Source: Candidatus Thorarchaeota archaeon
GTDB lineage: Archaea > Asgardarchaeota > Thorarchaeia > Thorarchaeales > Thorarchaeaceae
Direction of reading: 5' to 3'
Length of the DNA: 64,000 bases
Assembly: GCA_048882045.1 (NCBI GenBank)
Contig: JBHLRZ010000015.1
Span: 12,540-76,539, forward strand
The translations under genes were made by a program, and so were the position numbers. Below, piece by piece: positions 29,750 to 39,769 of the stretch; the first letter of the stretch is position 1, and every line of letters starts with the position of its first letter. Under the pieces are notes generated by a model. That model had not been told where the DNA came from, ran no database searches, and saw nothing but the letters and a program-made list of their open reading frames with translations.

Positions 29750-32700
29750 CTACTCAAAGACCTCAGGTAGATCGCTCAGCATCTTCACAGTTTCAACATT
29801 GTCAGTGATTACTAAATAGCCTTCTAGCCTCGTGGTTTCGCCAGGCTTGAGGGCCCGTCTCTCTCGTAGACCAAATGTCTGTGCTTTCTCAGAGAGGGTG
29901 TCAACGTATACTACCTCATCCCATTTGTACGCGGAGAGGATTCCCAGTACTGTACCATCGCTTGGACTCTCATATGCACCCCAGCTGGACCGTCCTGCGA
30001 AGAGATCCACCCCGATAGTAGTAGGCTCATAGATAAGTCTCTGGCGTTCCTTCACTGTGTGAACTCTGCTACACATATCGCCACCAGGTTTCGGAATTCC
30101 TTTGAATCCCAAGAGTGGTTTATTCCACTGCTTGCTTGTGTTTGTTACAGAGATATGCACATTCGCCAGCGGTGTTCCGGGAAGAAGGAGATAGCGAACT
30201 GTGGTCTTCATACCCTTTATCCCTGGACTGTGTGTCAACGTGGATGCGGCTTTGAAACCGACCCAGGGTCCGATTTGCTCATTTGAAACCTCCCAGGTTT
30301 CTTTTTGAAGTGCTGATTCCCAATCCCAGACGTTCATTCCTATAATCATTGGATTCAGACCACTGTAGACCTTGTTCATCCAGACAAAGGGACCTACCTC
30401 TGGAAATGTGTCATAGAGGACACTCTCTCCTCCTTCTGCCCCGAATTTGACCAGACTTCCACCCTGTTCGGGACATGCTCCAATAGTATAACCTCCAGTG
30501 CTCAATGAATGAAGTGTAGCATTCTCAGACTCGGTAACTTTCCTATCGACATCGAGAGAGGAGTCGAATACTACTGCAGAAAGTGGTGTCCGATATATCC
30601 TAGATTTGAAATGAATCACAAGCTCTCCATTCTCCCGTGTCCATGACCCTTCCTTCGAAACCCTAATCTTCAGCGGATGCGAGAAGGGTTTGTCCAGTCC
30701 TACTTCGTCCACTCTTATCTCAAGTTCACTCCTGGAATTGACAGTGACACCATCTGGGAGTTTAACAAAGATGACAGCATCCAAAGGGGTTTCATGGATC
30801 AGTCGCAGTTGGAGTTCGTAATCGTTTTCCTTTGATTTATCGAGGAGTATTGGACTCGGAGTCTTTCTACGGAACCCACTCTTTTTGGGAGAGATTTCTA
30901 CCTCGAGGTCTGAACGAAGGTCAACCATCTCTGTACTTGGTTCCTCTATGCCATTCTGACTTCGATAGAGTGCTCGGACCTTACGCCAGTCACCATCCCC
31001 AATATACATTCTATGAACGACCTTCGTGAGTTTCTCACCAGGATTGAGATCAGGTAGTCTATATTCAGCTCTAGAAACATCCCACCCCCTCATGGTCTTG
31101 ACGTCTTCTGCATGTTCGGAGTCCCAAAGATATCCGATTAGTAGGCGCTCTTGGTGGCGGTGCATAGCAATCCAAGGTTCATGATATTCCTTGGCTGATT
31201 TGGGAAGCTGTCTCCAACCACCCCACTCAACCGATTCTAGGTTGTAGATCTCTCCTCGTAAAGGCACGAAGCCCTGATCGAATACTCCTCCGAACCATCC
31301 AAGAGATCTGAGTCCGAGATTGTCAATCTTTGAGTCTCCGAAATTCTCGAGCTCAGAGATTGTTTCGATATAGTTGACTCCTGAGTATAGACGATATATC
31401 AGGGTTTGACAGAGGCCTGGTCGTTCTTGGAATTCTCCCCTCATTCGTACTTCACAATAACCATCTGACGCCTTCATCTCTATCTCTGGAATCAAACGAC
31501 TCCATTCATCTCCACCTGAAGGAAAAGGATACCCGAGTTCTACACCCAGGATGTGCCAACCTCCCAAGAGTCTGTTCAAAGGCTTGTAATTGAAAGAACG
31601 GAATCCCATTGTTGGGCGTTCATTCATAATCGCGCGAATGCTTTCTGTTTCAAGTATTATTTTGCCTTCCAGATCCTTATAGACTACTGCACCTTTCACT
31701 CCGATTGCTGGGAGGCTTAGATTCTTAGAACTGACCCTTTCTGGAGTTCCTTTGTAATCGAGGTCAAGGGAGTAATCGATCGATACTAAGTCCCCATCAT
31801 GGTTCTCGTCAGATATTGTGACTTGCTCCTCGATGGCTTCACCGGGTTCTAACTTGAACTTGAGTTTCTCAGGAAACAGTGACACACCCTTAGGAGGCGC
31901 CAGAACAATCTCACCCTGCTGCTTCTTACTAGTATTGTTACGTGCCCCTAAGCCAATAGTTACAGAACCACCCTTTGGAATAGAGGGATAATTTGGCCCA
32001 GTAGTTACTGTGATTGCTTCAACAGGGATGAGTCCACTATATAGTGAGATTGTTCGTTCACCAAAAGTGAGGGCCCATTCGGCATATGTTGGGACCTTCT
32101 CAGAAGCATTTGTTTCACGATCTATAGGACGAGTAGAACTCGAGATTGAGTAGACTCCTGTTTTACTGAATGACTCACCCAATGCAATCTGGCCTGATGT
32201 TGATCCCTCAATCTGGAAGTCAATATCCTTCTCAGGTGTGACTTCAATTGTAAAGTTGAGCTCTTCGTCAAGATTGTTCTCAATCGTTAGCTCAACTGGG
32301 TATTGGCCATATCCAATATACCCAGTGTGATTCTTTGGTCTGACAGAGGCTGATAATGTGTTCCCATCAAGGGTTAAGAGAAAGGAACAGATGCCCTTGG
32401 CCTCCCGATCTATATTGACCGAAAGCAAGTCACCATTCTCACCCTCAAACTGATACTTGAAGACTCCAATTTCATCCTCGACCACAATATCCGGTTCTTG
32501 TGTGATGACTCGTTTGAGAGCGTCATACCATCCATATCTCTCGAAGAATGGTTTGAACAAGTCGTTCGAGAGGATTCCTGGAATGTGAGATTCCATCAGG
32601 ACACTTGTTCCGGGAACCCAATTGTATCCTGTTCGCTTATAGAGGGGGACTGCTTTGAGGTTTCCAGCCCAGGTGTGAAGGTCGATCCTCCGTTTTCCAG

Positions 32701-33082
32701 CTGCAGCTGCTGTTTCAGCAGCCTCAATAAGGAGGGCTTTTCCAAACCCTTGTCCTTGAAAAGCAGGATTGACACCCAAGAGACCCACATAGGCAGCCTC
32801 TTTGTCAAGATCTGCATGGCAGATATTGCAGTTTCCTACTATCTTGTCCTCTGTGTGAGCGACAAGATTTCGAATGTCCTTTCTTTTCTTCTGGTCGTCA
32901 AATACACGCTCCGCTGTAAATGGAGTTCCATGGGTAAACCCATCGGGCCAACTGTCCGAATCATCGAACGAGTTCAGGCATTCTGCTAGTCTGCCTGCAT
33001 CGTCCATGTTCAACTGGAAGTCGCGTACCTTACCTCGTGTATACTTGTCACTCAATCTGGCTGCCTCCTCAGAAAAGAGCAA
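29750..33082 (-). CDS. Large protein with N-terminal GNAT acetyltransferase domain and beta-rich C-terminal domains
   Basis: 'LLGVNPAFQGQGFGKALL...RIDLHTWAGNLKAVPLYKRTGY', followed by about 900 aa of Ig-/supersandwich-like sequence. Confidence 0.8.
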   Translation of the reverse strand: MLFSEEAARLSDKYTRGKVRDFQLNMDDAGRLAECLNSFDDSDSWPDGFTHGTPFTAERVFDDQKKRKDIRNLVAHTEDKIVGNCNICHADLDKEAAYVGLLGVNPAFQGQGFGKALLIEAAETAAAAGKRRIDLHTWAGNLKAVPLYKRTGYNWVPGTSVLMESHIPGILSNDLFKPFFERYGWYDALKRVITQEPDIVVEDEIGVFKYQFEGENGDLLSVNIDREAKGICSFLLTLDGNTLSASVRPKNHTGYIGYGQYPVELTIENNLDEELNFTIEVTPEKDIDFQIEGSTSGQIALGESFSKTGVYSISSSTRPIDRETNASEKVPTYAEWALTFGERTISLYSGLIPVEAITVTTGPNYPSIPKGGSVTIGLGARNNTSKKQQGEIVLAPPKGVSLFPEKLKFKLEPGEAIEEQVTISDENHDGDLVSIDYSLDLDYKGTPERVSSKNLSLPAIGVKGAVVYKDLEGKIILETESIRAIMNERPTMGFRSFNYKPLNRLLGGWHILGVELGYPFPSGGDEWSRLIPEIEMKASDGYCEVRMRGEFQERPGLCQTLIYRLYSGVNYIETISELENFGDSKIDNLGLRSLGWFGGVFDQGFVPLRGEIYNLESVEWGGWRQLPKSAKEYHEPWIAMHRHQERLLIGYLWDSEHAEDVKTMRGWDVSRAEYRLPDLNPGEKLTKVVHRMYIGDGDWRKVRALYRSQNGIEEPSTEMVDLRSDLEVEISPKKSGFRRKTPSPILLDKSKENDYELQLRLIHETPLDAVIFVKLPDGVTVNSRSELEIRVDEVGLDKPFSHPLKIRVSKEGSWTRENGELVIHFKSRIYRTPLSAVVFDSSLDVDRKVTESENATLHSLSTGGYTIGACPEQGGSLVKFGAEGGESVLYDTFPEVGPFVWMNKVYSGLNPMIIGMNVWDWESALQKETWEVSNEQIGPWVGFKAASTLTHSPGIKGMKTTVRYLLLPGTPLANVHISVTNTSKQWNKPLLGFKGIPKPGGDMCSRVHTVKERQRLIYEPTTIGVDLFAGRSSWGAYESPSDGTVLGILSAYKWDEVVYVDTLSEKAQTFGLRERRALKPGETTRLEGYLVITDNVETVKMLSDLPEVFE

Positions 33083-33155
33083 TTTCCTCGCGAAAAAACT
33101 TCTTAATAAGGTTTGCGTAAAAAGCGATTAAAATTGGAATAGTTTGGACAACAAA

Positions 33156-33791
33156 CTAATATTTGTATTCGTTAGGATGATAGTCTTTCTTGTCTGGTTT
33201 ATGAGTTCTTCTGTCTAGTTCGATCAGGTGGAGAATGTCAGAATACATTCTGTCGAAAATTCGATCAGAGATAGTTGTAAAGAACACCCAACACATCATA
33301 AAGAGGACAAAGATCAGAACGAATAAGAGGAACAGGAATTCCATAAGGGTAAAAATTGATACAACCCCTGGCACTAGTATTGAAGTGATTATAGTCCATG
33401 AAAACTGACATACCGGGGTGGCAAGATATCCTGCTATGAGAAATGATAGTTGGTGAGCACGATTGAAGCTCAGAAACCTATCATTCTCGAATTCAGGTTG
33501 CATCAATATCCTACTCACACGGGATAGGAATACATCCCGATACCAATTGTTTCCTCTAGTCGCTGAATAGAAGAGTCCAGAAAGAATCAGTAGAACAGGA
33601 GTGATTAATCCAGTACCTATCACCCAATGAATCCAATCACCATTGAAACTAAGCATTGAGATGATTACAGCCAACATAACATGAGTGCCAAATACGTAGA
33701 CCTGATGTCCATCTGGTCTAGATGGTTCTATCTCTTTCAAATCAACAACCCATTCCTCTAACGACAATTGAAATCCTCCGTGGTTTGCCAA
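33156..33791 (-). CDS. Hypothetical membrane protein
   Basis: 211 aa with about 4 hydrophobic segments; no recognised motif. Confidence 0.55.
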   Translation of the reverse strand: MANHGGFQLSLEEWVVDLKEIEPSRPDGHQVYVFGTHVMLAVIISMLSFNGDWIHWVIGTGLITPVLLILSGLFYSATRGNNWYRDVFLSRVSRILMQPEFENDRFLSFNRAHQLSFLIAGYLATPVCQFSWTIITSILVPGVVSIFTLMEFLFLLFVLIFVLFMMCWVFFTTISDRIFDRMYSDILHLIELDRRTHKPDKKDYHPNEYKY

Positions 33792-33895
33792 TTGGGAAGT
33801 TTCTTGTCTTTAACTCATCGATAGTGTGCCGGTCAGGATATTCCTGACTTGGTGGAGTAGCATGCACCAGACTGACTTGAAGAATGACTGGAGCA

Positions 33896-33930
33896 GGAAA
33901 AAGATAGAGAAGAGGGGAAGAACCCCTCCC
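33896..33930 (-). terminator. Hairpin + pyrimidine/U tract terminator of the 37280-33933 operon
   Basis: On the - strand GAGGGG-TTCTT-CCCCTC is followed by TTCTCTATCTTTTT, right after the stop at 33933. Confidence 0.6.
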
Positions 33931-33932
33931 GA

Positions 33933-34685
33933 TTATGTTAGAGTTGCGCTGATACCACCTGCACTAGTATGAGCAGTAATGGTCAGAGACTGGGGTGCGG
34001 TATCATAGTCACTGGTCTCATAGTGTGTAGAGGTCACCTCAGTCCATCCTGCAGCGGTTATATCAACACCACCGAGGCCTGCAGTGCACTCAAAACTACC
34101 ACCCACATTGGGTGGAAGATCAATGAGGAATGATATTCCTCCAGCTAATTCTTCAAAATCGAAGGTAGGACTACCGACCAGAATGACATTATCACTCATT
34201 TTGAAGCTGATTCCGCCTGCAGTAGATTGGACTGTCACATCACCTATGTGAGCACCATTGTCCAGATCGATAGAGACTCCGCCAGCCTCGGCATTGATAT
34301 CAATGGTGTAGTTCACACCAGTCCCAAGAGTGATGTTCACACCAGCAGCTGTGTAGTCAAGCCCTATTGTGTTACTTGCAAATGTAACAGTGGGTTCACC
34401 ATCAGTAGCGACTGTGTTATTTTCGACCTCAATATCAATGTCGTACAACAATGTTGCATTATCAACGAATGTTAATGTGACTCCTCCAGCATTCAAATCG
34501 ATGTCAAGGGTCACGGTTCCAGTGGTGGCTCCGACTTCTGCCTCGAAGGCATACTCGGTGGTTGCTCGTGTCCAGTTCCAGTTGGCCGTCCCATAGTAGG
34601 ACAAAAGACCTGTAATAACAGCCCCTCCAACGAGGACTACGAATATACAGACAACCATGTTTGTGTTTCTTTGATAGTTACTCAT
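33933..34685 (-). CDS. Membrane-anchored beta-solenoid protein (DUF4097/LiaG 'toast-rack'-like)
   Basis: N-terminal TM and repeated 'xAGG[VI]x' units. ATG 34685 overlaps the upstream stop; the track start at 34850 is too long. Confidence 0.7.
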   Translation of the reverse strand: MSNYQRNTNMVVCIFVVLVGGAVITGLLSYYGTANWNWTRATTEYAFEAEVGATTGTVTLDIDLNAGGVTLTFVDNATLLYDIDIEVENNTVATDGEPTVTFASNTIGLDYTAAGVNITLGTGVNYTIDINAEAGGVSIDLDNGAHIGDVTVQSTAGGISFKMSDNVILVGSPTFDFEELAGGISFLIDLPPNVGGSFECTAGLGGVDITAAGWTEVTSTHYETSDYDTAPQSLTITAHTSAGGISATLT

Positions 34686-35325
34686 TTCTTGCACCTTGTG
34701 GATTTCGAGAGCGGGCTTGAGAGAGAAATGCGTGCCAGTTCTCTCTGAGCTCTCTGTATTGCGAATCTTCTTCCAGAGCAAAGCGACGCATGATCCGCGA
34801 TGCATCACCTCGTACAGATGAGGGGAGCTTGTCATATTCCTCCTCATCAATGATCAAGTTTCGAGAACTGATCTCGTTCTCTCTCCCAATCATCGCTGTC
34901 ATTAGTTCCACAGCCTCGTCAATCTGACTCTCTGGAACGTCTATACCATAGATTGAGAGGCTACTTATGATGGACTTCAAGCGTTTTCGAGCATCATCCC
35001 CTGTGGCTTGCACCATCTCACTGATGCCCATCCTAAACTCGCGTGCTGTTGCACGATAATATCTCTGGACAATACCAGTCTGGGTCTGCTCAGTTCGTTC
35101 TTCAAAGACAATTCCGACTTCTTTCAGCTTCTGGATGTGGTGAAGGATCGTACCGGGATTCTTTCCTGTCACCTCAGAAAGTTGTTTGACAGTCATAGCA
35201 TCTTTGACCAAGTAGTCAAAGACGATCTTGGCTCTAGTAGGCTCCATGAGTAGTTTGATCAGTTTTTTGTCTTCGATGATTTGCATATCCTTGATTCGTG
35301 GTTTTCCCTTCTTGGAGCTGTTCAT
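34678..35325 (-). CDS. ArsR/HTH_20-type winged-helix transcriptional regulator
   Basis: 'EPTRAKIV...MTVKQLSEVTGKNPGTILHHIQKLKEVGIV...GIVQRYYRATA'; GGAGG SD upstream of ATG 35325. Confidence 0.88.
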   Translation of the reverse strand: MNSSKKGKPRIKDMQIIEDKKLIKLLMEPTRAKIVFDYLVKDAMTVKQLSEVTGKNPGTILHHIQKLKEVGIVFEERTEQTQTGIVQRYYRATAREFRMGISEMVQATGDDARKRLKSIISSLSIYGIDVPESQIDEAVELMTAMIGRENEISSRNLIIDEEEYDKLPSSVRGDASRIMRRFALEEDSQYRELRENWHAFLSQARSRNPQGARNE

Positions 35326-35326
35326 T

Positions 35327-36280
35327 CTAAAAACCTCCAACAAAGCTTGGACCTGAACCTGATTCAGTTTCTTCATCTTCAGGAACTATGTCCTCATCAT
35401 CTGCTGTGAGTATCATGTAGACTCTTGTGAGGCCGATAGAGAGAGCAGGTAGAGTCACAAATACAAAGAAGATTGCCATGGGGATTGCGTAGATTCCCAT
35501 CGCAGCCATTCCGAGTCCGAATGTGGGTGGAAAAGCGAAAATCGCAACTATCAATGGCGCAATTAATGCGACCAATAGCAGGACAAAAGCAATCCAAAAC
35601 CCAATCACACGATCGAAGTAGTCGATACTCATCCGGAATGACTTCTTTGTAGCCTCTACAACAGAGTAGCCATCAATGATTGCTGGGAACAGCATAGTCA
35701 AAGATCCGGTACTCAGGACAAACCAGATCACTCCGAGCCCCGCAAGTACTGGACTGAGAAAAGATGTTGATCCAGCGCTTAAGAAAGCGAAGTTGAGTAC
35801 CTGGTCTCCAAAGACCGCGACAGCTCCAAATGAGATCAGAAAGACTGGTCCAGCAATGATTAGGAACATTACAATTCCTCCTCCTGCGAGAGAGAAGAAC
35901 TTCTTTTTGAACCACTGGAAGACTCCCTCAGCAGTTGTTCCCTCACTTTCTACAATCTCACGACTCATTCCAAAGAGAGCTCCAGAGGCAACAAAGAACG
36001 GAGTGATGAATGGAAGTGCAAAGAGGAATATCCCCAGTGCAATTGTTGCTCCTTGTGCAGTGCCCAATAGAGCAAATGACTCAAACCAGACGACCATGTT
36101 GCCGAATCCCATTATGAGGACTATAGGGATGAAAACTGCTGCTGCTACTACTAATAGCAGTAGACCAGCAACAATGAAGACTCCAATAATCGCAAGCACA
36201 TAGGATATGATATTCTTGATTGCAAACCTGAAGCTGATCTTCAAGTCTTCAAGAATTGTTTGAAAGCTCGCGTTTTTCAT
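35327..36280 (-). CDS. Multi-pass membrane protein (paralog A)
   Basis: About 6 TM; 'GALFGMSREIV..G.T.AE..F..F.KKF', 'FPAI..G..V.EA.K.S......YFDRV'. Confidence 0.75.
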   Translation of the reverse strand: MKNASFQTILEDLKISFRFAIKNIISYVLAIIGVFIVAGLLLLVVAAAVFIPIVLIMGFGNMVVWFESFALLGTAQGATIALGIFLFALPFITPFFVASGALFGMSREIVESEGTTAEGVFQWFKKKFFSLAGGGIVMFLIIAGPVFLISFGAVAVFGDQVLNFAFLSAGSTSFLSPVLAGLGVIWFVLSTGSLTMLFPAIIDGYSVVEATKKSFRMSIDYFDRVIGFWIAFVLLLVALIAPLIVAIFAFPPTFGLGMAAMGIYAIPMAIFFVFVTLPALSIGLTRVYMILTADDEDIVPEDEETESGSGPSFVGGF

Positions 36281-36289
36281 TTTTTATCA

Positions 36290-36343
36290 CCAACAAAGTT
36301 TGTTGGAGAGTGTCTTATCAATTTCCATCAATAGACACTCTCC
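36290..36343 (-). other. Intergenic RNA hairpin with GNRA tetraloop and an overlapping SD-proximal hairpin
   Basis: mRNA reads GGAGAGUGUCU-AUUGAU-GGAA-AUUGAU-A-AGACACUCUCC; the overlapping CCAACAAACUUUGUUGG runs into the GGUGAU SD. Confidence 0.6.
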
Positions 36344-36356
36344 GAGTTCATCACAC

Positions 36357-37280
36357 TTACACTATCGGGACATCGTTCACAACACTCAGTGTTGCGACCG
36401 GACCTCCAGTTAGTTCCTGGTAGACCTTGACCCACGCAATCCTGACCATAGGTAGGAAGAGGAAGAGCCAGAGGAAAGCAGAAACTACGGTCCAGAGGGT
36501 GAGCGCGGCAAGTACAGGACCGAAGGTCATCAAGTAAGGTGGAATGAACGGTGCCTGGGTTATGCCCCAGACGATCATAGGACCGAATGATATCACCAAT
36601 AACAGAAGGATGGCAGACTGGAGGCCATATACACGATCGAAGTATCGTGTAGCCAGGGAGTAAGACTCCTTGACAGCTTCCTGAACACCCTTACCACTGG
36701 AGACTGCAGGAAACACCATGGAAGTAAGACCTGCAGTGATGAAGACCCACACGAATGTGGAGATAGTGAGGAGTTGGAACACGGGACTTGCAATGGTTGC
36801 AAAACCGTAGGCGTACGATGTGAGTCCCCAGGCGATAACAGGCGGGATTATGACAATGATGGTCAGAATGGCACCAGCACCAGCATATGTGAGGAACTTT
36901 CGGCGGAAGTATGAGAATGCAGACTCAGCCTTGGTTTCACCAGTGGTGACTAGATCATGGCTCATACCATAGATTGAACCACTCACAACCATGAACAAGG
37001 AAACAACAGGAATCAATACTAAGAGAGCAATGGCACCCAGCGCTAGTGGATTAGTGGCGGCCCAGTCCCTCAAAGCGATCAATGTTGCTTCAGATAGTGG
37101 CGCGAGTGCTAGATATGCAACTGCCGCTATCGGAGCTGCAATCAGCACAATTAGGACTAGAAAGACGATTATCATACCTAGACCTGCTAGGAAGTAGCTT
37201 AGCATAGACTTCCATGCGAGTCCAAGACTCGTCTTCATGTCGTTGAATACTGTGTTGAAACTTGTAGACATTATTGACAC
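36357..37280 (-). CDS. Multi-pass membrane protein (paralog B)
   Basis: Same motifs as 35327..36280 ('GSIYGMSHDLV..GETKAESAF..FRRKF', 'FPAV..GKGVQEAVKES......YFDRV'); a tandem duplicate. Confidence 0.75.
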   Translation of the reverse strand: MSIMSTSFNTVFNDMKTSLGLAWKSMLSYFLAGLGMIIVFLVLIVLIAAPIAAVAYLALAPLSEATLIALRDWAATNPLALGAIALLVLIPVVSLFMVVSGSIYGMSHDLVTTGETKAESAFSYFRRKFLTYAGAGAILTIIVIIPPVIAWGLTSYAYGFATIASPVFQLLTISTFVWVFITAGLTSMVFPAVSSGKGVQEAVKESYSLATRYFDRVYGLQSAILLLLVISFGPMIVWGITQAPFIPPYLMTFGPVLAALTLWTVVSAFLWLFLFLPMVRIAWVKVYQELTGGPVATLSVVNDVPIV

Positions 37281-37316
37281 CTTTCAATATCGCCAAACAA
37301 CAGCGGCGTGCTGAAC

Positions 37317-37401
37317 GTTTGGCACATATCAAACTTGGACACAAATGCTTATAAATTGTTTGATGTGCGTCAAACATCAAACGTTTCAATGGATATCAAA
37401 C
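37317..37401 (-). promoter_or_regulatory. Promoter with three GTTT-N-CAAAC operator-like sites around the TATA box
   Basis: GTTTGG-CACATA-TCAAAC 37317-37334; TATA (TTTATAAG on -) 37348-37355; TGTTTGA-TGTGCG-TCAAACA 37357-37376; GTTTCAATGGATATCAAAC 37383-37401. Confidence 0.7.
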
Positions 37402-37430
37402 AACGAGGGGGTTAAGTCCAGAAGGAAGGG

Positions 37431-38333
37431 TCAATCCGCAGAGTCGACCAGCTGTCTGAGTTTCTCGTGGCGATAACTAGAGAAGTACTTGTGATAGGTT
37501 CCTATCATAGGTGTTACATGAGTCACCATGTTGTTCTGACGTATTCGGCGAACAATCTCAGTGAGTTCAGTAAGATCGTCTGCAACAAAGAGGACAAACA
37601 ACACCGGGTCTGAAGCGGATATATAGTGTTCCCAATGTTGTAACGAATACTTCTTCATGATCCATTCTAGAACATCAGAACTCTCGTATTTCATTTCATC
37701 CCAATGGATACGTGTTATGAAGGGGAGACTTGAAGCAGCCCCTAGCTCTACTAGTGTAACAAATTTCAGACCACCGCTTTCCTCGAGCTCTTTGATGAGC
37801 CTCCGGGTCCTTCTGGCGGTCAGTCCTGCGCGTTTTGCTACTTCAATGATTGGCAGTCGAGGATCCTCAAATAGGGGCTTTAGTACCCGCAGATGGGTTT
37901 TGCTTAGTTTCATTTTTCTTCCCAAGTCACCAACAATGCTGTGGAGCTCAGCCTTCTCAACTCCCTCTATCCGGCGGAGGAATAGACTCACTTCCTGCAG
38001 TTCCTTTGACCCTTGATACTCAAACACCAGAGCGTATGTACCATCAGTGTAGGCTGCGGCTGCTACAACGTTCTTGTTGTTTCCGATTTCATCCACCATC
38101 TCTGCTTCGTCACGCGATCCGTCAGAGTGCAGTAGACCGAACACGTACTCTGTGTCGGTCATAGCTGGGGACATGATAATGGAATATCCGTCGATGACTC
38201 CGGAATCTTCGAGATTCAATATACGCCTCCGGATTGCGTTTGCAGAAATCTTGTACTTCCGAGAGAGCTCTTGATAACTCATCCTGCAGTTTCTTTGAAC
38301 ATCTGTCAGGATTCTCTTGTCCAACTCATCCAT
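37431..38333 (-). CDS. Tandem (double) Lrp/AsnC family transcriptional regulator
   Basis: Two HTH+RAM modules: 'MDELDKRIL..VQRNCRMSYQELS' and 'LSKTHLRVLKPLFEDPRLPIIEVAKRAGL'. Confidence 0.88.
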   Translation of the reverse strand: MDELDKRILTDVQRNCRMSYQELSRKYKISANAIRRRILNLEDSGVIDGYSIIMSPAMTDTEYVFGLLHSDGSRDEAEMVDEIGNNKNVVAAAAYTDGTYALVFEYQGSKELQEVSLFLRRIEGVEKAELHSIVGDLGRKMKLSKTHLRVLKPLFEDPRLPIIEVAKRAGLTARRTRRLIKELEESGGLKFVTLVELGAASSLPFITRIHWDEMKYESSDVLEWIMKKYSLQHWEHYISASDPVLFVLFVADDLTELTEIVRRIRQNNMVTHVTPMIGTYHKYFSSYRHEKLRQLVDSAD

Positions 38334-38426
38334 AGCTCAAACATCCACTCTAACAATCAAGCGTCATCGGACCTCGATTTATGCCTTGCTAACCAAGTAG
38401 AAGCGTTTGCTCCCTGTTCCTCGAGG

Positions 38427-39719
38427 TCATGATATCATGCTTCGAACATGACTTAGGAGGACTTTGCTCGTATTGTAGACACTGTCTTTCTCATTACCAG
38501 CGTCGTATGCCACCCTCTCCACAGCGACTTTGTTGTTGATCTTGCTCAGTGCTTTTTCGATGTCAGGAAGCCTATCGGAACTTGTCCATCTACCAAAATT
38601 AAGAGCGTTGAGTATCTGGCTCCCATAGCCTGTGACCCATAAGGGTAGTAGATCGAGCCTTCCCTTGTTGTCAAACAATGTGACATTTTCCATCTCATGG
38701 TCACGTTGCCTGAGCAGCAGAGGTATCAGGACACTCCCACGAGTTATAGAGAGAGCATCTACATCAAAGTAGAGTGTACTCCCTCCATGCTCGAGCTGCT
38801 CTTCAAGGACTTTCACCATTTCAAACTGAAAAGTGATGAGCCCATCATCATAGCTACCACTGTCAGGCAGAAGTTTTACGAGGTCTCTCAGACGCCCATC
38901 ATAGCACGCAAATTCGGGAATACCTAGTGCTGAAAGAAGAATCTGTTGTGTCTTGAAATCGTCACTAACTCGCAGAGACTTGGAAACCGCTGTCAGATGT
39001 TCCTTTACACCAACCCAACCAAACTCTTCCACAAGGTCCCTATAGCTTCTAGGGTCATATTGAATTTCAGAATCTTTGTTGTAGAGCCATTCGGGAATGA
39101 AACCAGCCTTCCGTTCGATAAGATAAGCATAGACAACATCGTTGAGGTTAGGAGGGCTATTGCTCATTGGTGAATCAATGACCACCCTCGGACGCGCTGC
39201 ACGATGAGTCAGTTGTATGACTGCAACTGAAAGATTGTCTAGCTGGAACAGGGGTGAAACATTCACTTTCTTGAACGTGTTCTCCTGAAGATAGAGGTAG
39301 GTCAACGCGTCACAACTTGCCAGAGGTGATAGGTCAATGGTCTTCAAATAGTTGTGAGACAGGTCGAGATTTCTCAATCGTTTGCAGGATTCCAACGGTG
39401 AGAGGTCTATCGTTTCCAGCAAGTTATTAGAAACACTCAGGTACTCTAGAGTATCACATGTCGACAATGACTCAAGATCAACTTCTGTTAGCCTGTTTGC
39501 ACTGATGTCGATCCTGGCAGGTTGTTCAATCTCTTCAATCCATTCAAGGTTCGAAGTTCTATGCTCAAAGGTACTCCCCTTGTCAGCATCGGTTTTGAAT
39601 AGGAAATGGAAGTTCTTTGAAGACTGTTTCGCGCATCTGACTGTAAGTGTTATCTTGCTTGTAGACACACCCAACTCCTCCAAGTTTATGTCTGATTCTG
39701 AGTATATTAGCACCTTCAT
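38427..39719 (-). CDS. Leucine-rich repeat protein
   Basis: Repeats of 'IDLSPLxSCxxLxxLxLxxNxL'; probable start ATG 39719. Confidence 0.85.
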   Translation of the reverse strand: MKVLIYSESDINLEELGVSTSKITLTVRCAKQSSKNFHFLFKTDADKGSTFEHRTSNLEWIEEIEQPARIDISANRLTEVDLESLSTCDTLEYLSVSNNLLETIDLSPLESCKRLRNLDLSHNYLKTIDLSPLASCDALTYLYLQENTFKKVNVSPLFQLDNLSVAVIQLTHRAARPRVVIDSPMSNSPPNLNDVVYAYLIERKAGFIPEWLYNKDSEIQYDPRSYRDLVEEFGWVGVKEHLTAVSKSLRVSDDFKTQQILLSALGIPEFACYDGRLRDLVKLLPDSGSYDDGLITFQFEMVKVLEEQLEHGGSTLYFDVDALSITRGSVLIPLLLRQRDHEMENVTLFDNKGRLDLLPLWVTGYGSQILNALNFGRWTSSDRLPDIEKALSKINNKVAVERVAYDAGNEKDSVYNTSKVLLSHVRSMIS

Positions 39720-39769
39720 TTTGCACGTGGGGGTTGAGTTAAATTGGTACAATATATGTGCGGAGTAGA

